Of a DNA stretch of 64,000 bases, positions 20,629-31,176 are shown piece after piece. The notes below the pieces were generated by a model that worked only from the letters and a program-made list of their open reading frames with translations, was not told where the DNA came from and searched no databases. Origin of the DNA: an uncultured Armatimonadia bacterium (GTDB taxonomy: Bacteria > Armatimonadota > Zipacnadia > CAVVLO01); the NCBI GenBank assembly GCA_963749155.1, contig CAVVLO010000003.1, positions 320,001-384,000 of the forward strand. Direction: 5' to 3'. The position numbers and the translations under genes are program-made. Positions within the stretch are counted from its first letter, which is position 1. Every line of letters begins with the position of its first letter.

Positions 20629-22086
20629 ATGAGCCTGATTGGGCTGGATTTGGGCACCTCTCGGTGCAAGGGCACGCTGTATTCGGAGGACGGCCAGGAG
20701 CTGGCCTTCGCAAGTCGCGAGGGCTTGCGCACGACTGGCCCGGCTGGCCGTTCGGAGCTTGACGCGCGAGAAGTGGTAGCGCTGGTCAATTCGATTGTCG
20801 AGGAACTCTCGGCAATTGAGCCCCCTTCGGCCATCGCCGCCAGCACTTTTGGAGGCGCGGCTTGCCTGCTGGATGAACAAGGCGCGCCCCTGACCCCGCT
20901 GATAAGCACCACTGACCCCCGCGCCGAGGCACTGATTGAGCGATGGCAGCAGGAACTCGGCCCTGGGAGGCTGCGCGAGCTGACTGGGCTGCATCCGCAC
21001 TGCAGCTATGCACTGGGCAAGTGGGCCTGGCTACGAGAGAATCTGCCCGAGGCGGCTGGAGCCACTCGCTATGTCGCCACGTCGGCAGAGCTCGTGCTGG
21101 CAGGGCTTGGGGCAAGTCCGGCCTGCGACCTGGCTACGGCTTCGACCACAATGGCGCTGGACATCGCCTCCGGCGCATGGTCGGAGGAGCTGCTGCAGCT
21201 TGCGAAGCTCCCCCCCGAGTGGTTGCCGCCGCTTGTTGAAAGTGGCGCCCTCGTTGGGCAGACTCCAACTGGTTGCCTGCTGGTGGCGGGCGGGCATGAC
21301 CAGCAGGTCTGCGCGCTTGGCGCCGGCGTCTCGGGCGGAGGCCAGGCGGCCCTCTCGCTGGGCACAGTCGAATGCGCAACGGCGGTATTCGAGCAATCCA
21401 GCGCGCTCGCAGGGCTTGCCCTGGCGAAATATCCCCTGCTGTTTCATGCCTGGGACAGGCTGCGCGCGGTGCTGGGCTATCATTATTGTGGCTCTGACCT
21501 TTGGGCCTGGGCCGAGCATTGTTTGCGTCTTGACGCACTGGAAGAGGCAATGCCGCTGGCCTGCAAGCGGGCGCTCGAGCTGCCCGAGAGCGCGCTAGCC
21601 CTTCCCCATTTCGCAGGCAGCGGGCTTCCCGATATGGAACCCGCAGCAAGAGGGCTGCTGGCCGGGCTTTCCCTTACGGATGAGCCGATTGATTTGCTTG
21701 CGGCGCTAGTGCGCGGGCAGACGCTGGAAATCGGCAGGTGTCTTGCCGACTGGGCGATGGCTGGCCTTCAGGTTAACGAACTGGTCGCCTTTGGCGGAGG
21801 GGCGCGCTGGCCCGAGTTGCTGCAACTCAAAGCCGACCTGCTCGGGATTCCGGTGCGGAAGGCAAACCGGCCAGAGCCAGGCTGCTTCGGGGCCTTTCTG
21901 CTTGCACTGAAAGCGCTTCGCGGCGCCAAGGCCGCAGAGGCCTTGCTGGAGGCGGAAAACCAGCCTGCAGCAGTTGCCTGTTACTATCCGAGGGCCGAGT
22001 ACGCAGCCCTGGCCTCAGCCCTCAAACGGCGTTATACCGCTTTAGCCAGAGCGAGCCAGCAATTTCTTAAGGAGTCCTCTTCATGA
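20629..22086 (+). CDS. FGGY-family carbohydrate kinase
   Basis: IGLDLGTS, AGGHDQ, SLGT, LPHFAGS, GGGAR. Confidence 0.9.
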   Translation: MSLIGLDLGTSRCKGTLYSEDGQELAFASREGLRTTGPAGRSELDAREVVALVNSIVEELSAIEPPSAIAASTFGGAACLLDEQGAPLTPLISTTDPRAEALIERWQQELGPGRLRELTGLHPHCSYALGKWAWLRENLPEAAGATRYVATSAELVLAGLGASPACDLATASTTMALDIASGAWSEELLQLAKLPPEWLPPLVESGALVGQTPTGCLLVAGGHDQQVCALGAGVSGGGQAALSLGTVECATAVFEQSSALAGLALAKYPLLFHAWDRLRAVLGYHYCGSDLWAWAEHCLRLDALEEAMPLACKRALELPESALALPHFAGSGLPDMEPAARGLLAGLSLTDEPIDLLAALVRGQTLEIGRCLADWAMAGLQVNELVAFGGGARWPELLQLKADLLGIPVRKANRPEPGCFGAFLLALKALRGAKAAEALLEAENQPAAVACYYPRAEYAALASALKRRYTALARASQQFLKESSS

Positions 22087-23655
22087 CGCCGGAAATCGCC
22101 TTGAAGACCAGTCTTGAAGCGGCCATAAAGTCCCTTGCGGCCTTCGATGTGAATTGCTGGGCCGAGAGCCCTGACTCAGCCGTTGACCAGGCCTTGCAGG
22201 TCGCATGGCGGTGGGGCTTCGGGGGAATGGTAATGACGACCCCTGCGGCCCTCTCAACCGCGCTTGCCTCCAATACAAGCCTGTTCAGACAAGTGAAGAA
22301 AGCCGAAGTCGAGGGGCTGCAGGTGGCGATGATAATCAAGCCGCAGCTGCCAGAGCCCCTTACCAGGTCGAAGACACGCGGCACTCGGCTGGTGCGACTA
22401 TTTCCCAAAATCCACGATTATGCCCTGGATTCGCCGGCGGCGCGAGGGGTGCTTGCTGCTTGCCTGCAAGAAGACCTTCCGGTGATGATCTCTCACACCC
22501 AGACGACCTGGGAGGCTTTTGAGGCGCTGCTGCAAGCCTGGCCAAAGCTCACGATTATACTTGAGGGGAGCGACCAGAAGCTTTTCTATCACGCGTCAAC
22601 GGTAGAGACACTGCTGGAGCGATATCCCAACCTGCTACTCGAGACTCACAACGTGGTCGGCTTCGGCTGGCTTGAGCGGCTGGCAGGCAGGTTTGGCGGC
22701 GAGAGGCTGCTATATGGCTCCAACTGGCCTCAACGCAATCCGGCCGCCTCGCTTGGGATGATTGCGCTTGCCGATATCCCGGACGAGGCCAGACTCGCCC
22801 TTGCCGGCGGCAACTGGCGCGCTATCAGTGAGTATGGCGCAGGCCCGGCCAGGGCGCTGCCAGTAGACCTTCCGACTGGCGCCGGCTGGGTAGACGCGCA
22901 TATCCATATCGGCGAACTTGCTGGCGCAGGACTTCCAGCTAGGCAGCGCGGCAGAGATTCTGTCCAGGCTCGAGAGGCTTGGATTCGAACGCTTCATCAT
23001 CACCCATCACGCTGATTTGCTTGAAAGCCCTCTGGCTGGGAAGGACGACCTGGAGGCGGCCTTCGAGGCAACCGAAGGGCGGGCACGGGCTTTCTGTGTC
23101 TTCGATCCCAGGCGCCCAGAGGCCGCCAAGGAGTGCGAGCAGTTGCTCCAAGGCCCCGTCTACGCGGGCATCAAACTGCATCCCACGATGCACGCGACAC
23201 CCGCTGACAGTCCAGCGTATGGGCCGGCTTTCGCGCTGGCAGCAGCGGCCGGCGTGCCAGTGATGAGCCACACCTGGTATCGCTCGCCCTACAATCCGCC
23301 GCAAGAGCTATCCCTCCCGAGTCGTTTCCGAACCCATCTGGAGCGTTATCCGGAGGCAATCTTCGTGATGGGTCACGCGGGCGCTGGCAAAGATGGCCTG
23401 ACCGAGGCGCTCGAGCTGCTGCTCGATTTCCCAAACGTCTATGCCGACCTGGCAGGAGATGTCTATGAGCCTGGCTTCATCGAAGCGTTGGTTAGGGCTG
23501 GCGGGCCAGAGCGAGTGCTCTATGCAAGCGATGCGCCGTGGCTTGACCCAGCGCCGCAGCTTGCCTGCGTGCTGACCGCCGATGTACCCGAAGCCGCGCT
23601 GCCACTTATTCTTCGCGACAATGCGGTCAGGCTGTTCAAACTGGAGGAGACCTGA
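22083..23655 (+). CDS. Tandem amidohydrolase_2-family protein; frameshift at about 22915
   Basis: First domain degenerate (RLLYGSNWP); second has VDAHIH, GIKLHP, MGHAG, RVLYASDAP. Confidence 0.78.
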
Positions 23656-24630
23656 TGCCCGAAGATCTTAGGATTGACGCCGCTCTGACGGCCTTTAGCA
23701 CCTGCGCTGACCGCTTCGTGCGCGAGGGATACCGCCCCGCTGAGTCGCTGGAAGTGATGGTCGAGCGCGCCGGCAAGATACGCGGTCTCAAGGCCCTTGC
23801 GATGGATTATCCCACTACTTTCTCGGACCCGGATGTTGCGCTCGCAACCCTCGGTAGCGCGGGCCTCGGCGTCGGGATGGTAGAGGTGGACCTTTACAGC
23901 AGTCCCCAGTGGAAACTTGGCTCCTTCACCGCGCCGTATGAAGCGACGCGGAAGGAGGCTTTGCGACTGGCGAAGGAAGCGATGGACTTCTGCGCGGCCA
24001 CAAACGGCGCCGATGTGCAGCTTTGGCTGGGGCAGGACGGCTACGATTATGGTTTCCAGGTGGACTATGCCGCAAGCTGGGAGCGACTGCTAGAGGCCAT
24101 CCGCGAGGTGGCCGAATACCGCCCCGAGGTGAAGGTGACGGTCGAATATAAAATCAAAGAGCCGCGCAACAAGTGCCACATCTCGACTGTCGGGCGGGTC
24201 TGGGCAATCATCGAGACCCTCGGGCTGCCCAATGTCGGCGCCACGCTCGATGTGGGGCACTCGTTGATGGCGCAGGAGAATCCCGCCGAGGCCGCGGCCA
24301 TCCTCGGGCGGCTGGGCAGGCTGTATCATCTCCATCTCAATGACTGTTACCGGGACTGGGATCACGATATGGCGCCCGGTTCGGTCAATTTCTGGGAAAC
24401 TATTGAGCTGTTTTACTGGTTGGAGGAGCTAGGTTTCGAGGGCTGGTGGGGTATTGATATCTATCCCTACCGCGAGGATGGCGCTACGGCGCTGCAACTG
24501 GCGGTGGATTCGGTCTACTGGTTCCGCGAACTGGCATGGCGAGTGCGCGAGGCGGGGATAGGCGAATACCTGGTAGCCCACGATGCCCTCGGCGCGCAGC
24601 AACTGTTGAGGCGAGGTCATCTGCAAGTAG
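23655..24630 (+). CDS. Xylose isomerase-like sugar isomerase; indel near the 3' end
   Basis: WLGQDG, VEYKIKEPR, LDVGH, HLHLND, WDHD, DIYPYRED; plausible stop TAG at 24628-24630. Confidence 0.85.
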
Positions 24631-24655
24631 TTCGCTTGGGGAGGGAGTGGTCGGT

Positions 24656-26862
24656 TTGGCAAGAGAAGCGCTGCTGGTGATGTTGCTCGTGGGGATTGCC
24701 GGGATGACCTTTGCCGCCTCGCTTGGGGCGCGCGCGGCCCTGGTGGAAGGGGTCGGCGAGATTGCCGCTCCCGGCTGGCCTGGGCAGCTTTGCGTTTTCG
24801 GACCGCAGGCCGAGGCGGTTGTGGTCGGTAAGACGGGCGATGCGCAAGCGCCAGTCGTCGCTGCGGCCCAGCTTGGTGCTGGCCGCCTGGTGCTGTTCGG
24901 CCATGATGGTTATTTTGGCCGCGAGGCGCTCGAGACCGGCGACACGGGCAGACTGCTGCTGAACGCCCTCCACTGGGCGTCGGACAAGACTGCGCCCAAG
25001 GCGCTCGTGGTCGAGTGGCCCGAGGTAGTGGACTGGCTGCGCGAGCAGGGGCTTGAAGCCATCGATGCAACTTTTGCAAGCTACCCGGCGCTGCTCTCGC
25101 AGGCTGATATCGTCCTCACGCATCACAATTGGCTTGCCGGCGAGGCGGGCAGGCAGGTCAGCGCCTTCGTGAAAGCCGGCGGCGGGCTTATCTCGGGCGA
25201 CACGCCCTGGGGCTGGCTGCAGCTCAACCCTGGCAAAAACCTGCTGACCGACCATCCTGGCAATGCCGTGGTAGCCGAAGCGGGCGTGGTATGGGCCGAT
25301 GGCGGACTCGACCGCACCTCGGAGGTCGGCTTTAACGCAAACCTTGAGCCCTCCCTCTACGTAAAGGCCTCAACCGCCCTGGATGCGCTGCTTGGGGACA
25401 CCGTACTTTCCGAGGAAGAGCAGAAGCAGGTAGGCGCCACGCTCACAACGGCGGCGCGCGGCTTGCCGGAGAGCGACACACTATTGAGGCCAAGGCTCAA
25501 GGCGCTGGAGGCAGAGGCGGATTCCATCCCCTCGCCTGACCATCCGCTGACTCTCGATAATCCAAAAGGGCGACTGGCGCTGACCTTGAAACTCGAAGAG
25601 CTTAACCGGCTGCCTCTTGACCAACGACCCGCTCACCCCTCGGCGCAGTTCTTCCCAGGGGCTGTGCCTAACGATACGCCCCGCGTCGAGAGGACCATCC
25701 TGGTGGATACGAGGGCGCCAGGCTGGCACAGCACGGGGCTGTACGCGGCGCCCGGCGAGGCGATCACTCTCTTCGTGCCGGAAGCGGCGGCCGGCAAGGG
25801 ACTGGGCGTCAGGATTGGCGCTCACACCGACGCCCTCTGGCATCTGCCCGACTGGCAACGCGCGCCCGAGATAAGCACCTGGGCGCCGCTCGATGAGCCA
25901 GTTACGCGCCTGAGTTCCGCCTTTGGCGGGCTGATTTATGTTGATGTGCCAGATGGCTGCGATTTGCGGACTGTAGGCGTCACTATCGAAGGTGGCCTCG
26001 AAGCGCCTTTCTTCCAGCTTGGGAAGACGACCAACACCGAGTGGACGACGGGTATACGCGACCTGCCCGCCCCCTGGGCAGAGCTTGCTTGCGAGGGGGT
26101 CATCCTGACGCTGCCCTCAGAGTTCGTGCGCGAGCTGGACAATCCCACCGCGTTGATGACTTTCTGGCAGTCGGCCCTCGATGCCTGCGCCGATTTGGCG
26201 ACCATCGCGCGCGTCCGAGCCCGCCCGGAGCGCTACACGACCGATGTGCAGATAAGCGCGGGGTATATGCACAGCGGTTATCCGATAATGACTTTCCTCG
26301 ACATCGCGCCTGTGATGACGGATTTGCCCAGGCTTAAGGCCAACCAGCACGGAGGCATCTGGGGTCTTGTGGCATGAGATGGGCCACAACCATCAGTCAG
26401 GCGACTGGACCTTCGAGGGCACTGGCGAGGTGACAGTAAACCTCTTCACGATGTACGTGCTGGAGCAGGTTTCGGGCATCACGACAGAGGGTCATCCCGC
26501 GCTCAACCTGGCCGAGAGGGCGGGGCGCGACAAGGCTCATCTGGACGCGGGCGCGCCCTTCGACAAGTGGAAGTCCAACCCCTTCCTCGCGCTGGATATG
26601 TATATCCAGCTCAAGGACGCCTTCGGGTGGGACGCTTACAAGCAGGTGTTCGCGGAGTATCGCGGGCTCTGCGCCTGAAGAACGGCCTCAGACGGACACC
26701 GAGAAGCGCGATCAGTGGCTGGTGCGGTTCTCGAAGGCGGTCGCGCGCAACCTGGGCCCCTTCTTCGAGCTTTGGGGAGTGCCCACCTCGGAGGAGGCCC
26801 GCGCCTCCATCGCCGACTTGCCGGGCTGGCTGCCGGAGGAGCTGGCGGAGTACAGAAACTAG
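24656..26862 (+). CDS. Secreted M60-family (enhancin/TCAF-like) zinc metallopeptidase; frameshifts at about 26365 and 26670
   Basis: WHSTGLYAAPGE, FGGLIY, APWAEL, DVQISAGYMHSGYP, WG..HEMGHNHQ (HExxH), EVTVNLF, NLGPFFELWG. Confidence 0.9.
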
Positions 26863-27122
26863 CGAAGGTTTGGGAGCGAAGCTCCCGAAACACGCGAAAA
26901 ATCATGGTCAGCGTGTTCGGAAAAAATATGGCGTATCGGGAGCTTGCTCCCGATACCTGCTTTGAAAAACTGAAAAGCAGGCGGGCTATGCCCGCCAATT
27001 GGAGAACAAAGGCGAAAGGCAACTTCAAGGGCGGGCTGACGCCCGCCTTTTTATGGGAAAAGCTTAAGGCTGAAGTGCCAAGGCATAAAGGCGTGGGGGC
27101 ATCGCCCCCACACCCCCACTAG
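26859..27122. repeat. Mosaic palindromic repeat, copy 5, with CTAG at both ends
   Basis: Fills the whole gap between two convergent genes; each terminal CTAG contains the TAG stop of the flanking gene. Confidence 0.88.
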
Positions 27123-30100
27123 TGGTTCAGCCGTTGTTGCAAGTCTTCGATGGCGTCCGCAATAGCCCGCTTCAGGCGCATCACGGTATCAGGATCCGGC
27201 AAGATGGACGTCGAGACGCGCCCGCCCGCGTTCGGGATTGGCACGAGCGCTCTCGCTTCTTCGATAAGACGCTTGCCCTCTGCTGCGTCCTTCCCCGCCG
27301 CGTCTGCCTTTTCAACAAGCGAGGCCAGCAGTTGCAGGTACAGCCAGTCCTCTACCCCCTCGCGCGCCGCCTCGAGCCTTATACTGCTGCATGGAGCCTC
27401 AAAGCCCTGCGTCCAGCCTGGGTATATCAGGAAGCCATCACCGTTGGGATAGCGCACCCAGCTCCGCTCCCCCGGCTCGCCGCTCTGATCAATGAAACTG
27501 TGCCACCCAAATTGCCACGGGTCGTAGGTCAGCCAGTCTGCGCCCCAGAACTCATAAGCCTCTACCCCGTACCGGAAGCAATACCAGGGCAGCAACCGCT
27601 CGCAAGCCAGATAAGGCGTGTCGGTGCACATCTGGCCGTCCGTGGTGAAGCGCAATCGGTCGCCTTCAGCCTTTCTCTTCGCCATCTCATCGGTCGAGAA
27701 GACGCCATATTGGCCTACTCCCCAGACATCGAGATAACCGTCCCAGGCCGCTTGATGGCCCCAGGTGCTGCAGTAGATGGGGATCGAGGCGTCCACCTCG
27801 TGGATCAGGTCGCACAAGGCCTTCATCTGGTCCTGGATGGAGACGCGGTCCATCCAGGGCTCATCGCTGATATACAGGACGAAACGATCGGCCCAGCCCT
27901 TCTCCTTTAGATGGTCCCAGAACGCCGCAAGAGCTTCCTGATAGACCCGCACGAAGCCTGGCGCGAGTTTGGAGCGGTCAGCTTCGGTAAAGGGATATTC
28001 TCCCTCATACGGTGGCTGGCCCCATTTGTCACCTGGCGGATGCCCCCAGCCAAACAGGTAGAACAGCCACGGGGTATAGCTGTGAGGGAAGTCGAATTCG
28101 CCAAAGTAGACCTCGCAAGCGGCGTCAAACTCGGCAAAATCGAAAACCAGCTTGCCGTCCACAAGGTCTATCCGCGGCGCGGCGACGGGTTGCTGGGGCA
28201 AGTGCGATGGTCCGCCATCACTTTGTATATTGCGCGTTCGGCCTCCTCGCGAGTGCCTCCGGCTGGGATCCAGTGGCCATCCACGCGCACATCGTAGATA
28301 GCCGGGAAGGTCGTCTCGGTGGGCAGAGAGAAGTCCGGCACGCGCACCGAATAGGGATATTCGGCCACTGTTTGGCCGCCCGAGAGCAACCTGACCGTGC
28401 CTGTGTAGTTGCCGGGCGCGGCCTCGGCAGGCGCCTTGAAGGTTAGCCATACGGCGCGCGTCTCGAAGGGTTTTAGTTCGAAGGTGGTCTCAGGCCTTAG
28501 CGGATCAGGCCACCAGCCTGCCCAACCATCGCCTGAGGGGGTGTTGGGAGGTAGCTTGCGTTCCCAGGCTTCCCCTTTCCAGGTGTAGTAATTGGTCTTC
28601 ACATCGCAAGGTACGTAGCCGACAATCTCGATAGCAGGCGCTGGCAACGCACCAGCTGGTCCTGTCGGCGCAGAAGCCTCGACTGTGACCTCTGGAAGCG
28701 CCTCAGGGCCTCTCAGGGCAAGCTGGAGCGGCTCTGCTTCGTTGCGCGCGCAGACGAGAGCTGCCGCAGCAACGGGGTCTCCACCAGGCAAAGTGTCGGG
28801 GAAGACCTTTACCACGGGATTCACAGGCCAGACGGTAAGCCCAGAGGCATCGGTCGGAGCCTCGAGCGCGCCAGGTATCGTCTCCTGCGCCTCGGCAAGC
28901 AGCACGCCGTCGTGATAGAGCGCGCCTGTTGCGAGCATCGTGAGGTGAAGCTGGATTTGTTCGCAGTCGGAGGGCGTGGTGATGAGGCCGGAGAGGAGCG
29001 TCCAGTCGTTGGTGCCCCCGATCGCAGGGCCTACGCTCCCATAACCACCCACCTCGCACAGGGTGCCGTCAGCCTGGAGATAATGCGTGTGGAGTTGCAC
29101 GGTGCCCTTTTCGATGTTCTCGGTCTTCAGCCAGGCGCTGAAGACATAACTTGACCCAGGTCGCGCAGGGACAATCTGGCGCCAGCCGGTCCAGGCGGGC
29201 GTGACGTCATCTGGAATCGCAAGCCGGGCACAGTAATCGCCGAAAAGGCCCTGACTGGCACGGCTCATCTCGGCCTGGGGCATCCGCTCGCCCTCGGTGC
29301 CTCCTTCCCATTCGGAAGGCAAGGCTTCGCCTGCTTCGAAGCTGGCATTACGCGCGAGGTTGAAGTCTGAATCCACTAGTTGCTGATAACCCGCTCGGTC
29401 AAGCACGGACGCCTCTCTTTCCCCAGGCGCAAAATACACATAGCAGGTGACACGGGAGGTCGGCGGCAGGGTCACTTCGAAGAGGAGCTTGCCCGCAAGC
29501 AAAGTGTGAGGACAGACGCCAGCCGGGCCGATAACCTTGAGCTTGCTGGCATCCAGCCTGCCGAAAGTTGCTGCGGTGAGGCGCGCGATATCAACCAGGG
29601 CAAGCGCGTGACGGTCAGCGCCGGCCTCGGGATTATAAAGCCGGACTGGCATCCTCTGCTCGAAGCCTGAAGCCTCGCTCCAATCGGAGGAGGCTTTTAC
29701 CTCATCGAAAGCGAAGCGTTCCACCTCGCCAACCGACACCGTGTATTCTGCCGCGGCGCTTGTGGTCAGGCTGGCTTCATCGAACCACGCCGTGCCAGTG
29801 CCCCACAGCACCGTCCCGAGGTCTGCCCGATTGGCATCCGCCGGCGCGTCGAATTCGGCTGTTACCCTGGTCCAGCCATAAGTGCCGCCCCCCGCCATCG
29901 CCATCGGGGAGGTGATCATATAGTCGCGGTCATTGCCCAGGTGGATATACCAACCCGCCTCGCCCTCGACGTTTTCAGCGCGCACCCAACCTTCGAACAC
30001 GTAATGCGCGCCGCCTTCGATACCGAGGCCTCCCTGGCGGGTAGAGATCCAGGTGCGCTCGGCGCTCGGGGTGACGGTGAGCTTCAAACAGTGTTCTCCC

Positions 30101-30639
30101 GAGTAGGGAGCTTCAGTGACCCATTCCGCTTTGTGGTCGGCATCGCCCTGGTCGTGGGTCCAGCCAACAGGAATAACGCCTGACCCGCCTTCCACCCCTC
30201 CATTGACCAGCCCCGAGCGCCCTGTGAAGAAGTCGGGGACTGCCCAGGCAGCGCTATTGTCGAAATAGAGCCAGCAGGTGGTAGTGGCGTTGGGTTCGCC
30301 CACAGCGGGAACAAGCAGCCTCATCCCAGGCTGGACGAGGCCTTCTCGGATGGGCGCACCGGTGGGGGTCGTGAGCTCCCAGAGCAGTTCGACACCGAGT
30401 TCGCTAACGAGGCGAAGTTCCTGGACACGGGCGCCAGCGATGGGGAGCTCGCCCTGACCGGTGCCGACTGTCAGCTCTGTGGCAACGCCAGCGAGGGGCT
30501 TCTCCCCAGGATTGGTGAAGGTGATGGGTACCCTTGCCCGCCAGTAATCGCCCCCGCCGACATACAGGTTGGTGTGCCAGGTGGGCGCGGCGGAAAGGAA
30601 GCTGCCCAGCAGCAGCAAGAGGCAGGCGAGGATACGCAT
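27119..30639 (-). CDS. Large secreted protein with two CBM4/9-like modules and a GH123-like/DUF4091 region; frameshift at about 28185
   Basis: Signal peptide; NGGVE and NASFE module starts; ARNEAEPLQL; WWPDPL; YISDEP; PNGDGFLIYPG; SSIRLEAAREGVED. Confidence 0.8.
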
Positions 30640-30732
30640 AGTGATACCTCCCAGTATCGGCTGCAGAAAAACTTCGACCCGGCAAGAGTAGAACCTGCCG
30701 GTTTGCGCTCCTGTTAGCGCTACGGCAGTCCA

Positions 30733-31164
30733 CTAGTGGGGGGGTGGGGGCGATGCCCCCACGCTTTTACGTCTTGGAACTTCAGCCTTTTGCCGTTCCC
30801 TTCAAAAAGGCGGGTGCAGCCCGCCCTTGCCTTTCGACCTACCGCTTCAGCCTTTTGCTGTTCCCTAAAAAAGGCAGGCGCAGCCTGCCCTTGGCTTTTT
30901 TGTTTAATAAAACAGGTTTCGGGAGCGGAGACTCCCGAAACACGTAGCCGAAGGAGCAGTGCACCCCTTCCTTTTGATGTATCGGGAGCTTGTTCCCGAT
31001 ACCTGCTGCGCGCTAATCTAGTGTTTCGGGAGTCTTCGCTCCCGAAACCTGCTGTGCAAGAGCTAAAAGCCAGGCGGGCTGTGCCCGCCATTATTTTTGG
31101 AAAAGCATAAGGCTGAAATTCCACGGCGAAAGGCATGGGGGCATCGCCCCCACACCCCCGCTAG
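30733..31164. repeat. Mosaic repeat, copy 6; MITE/BIME-like with inverted termini
   Basis: Left CTAGTGGGGGGTGGGGGCGATGCCCCCACGC versus reverse complement of right end CTAGCGGGGGTGTGGGGGCGATGCCCCCATGC; internal hairpin modules arranged roughly symmetrically. Confidence 0.88.
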
Positions 31165-31176
31165 TTTACTCTTACG

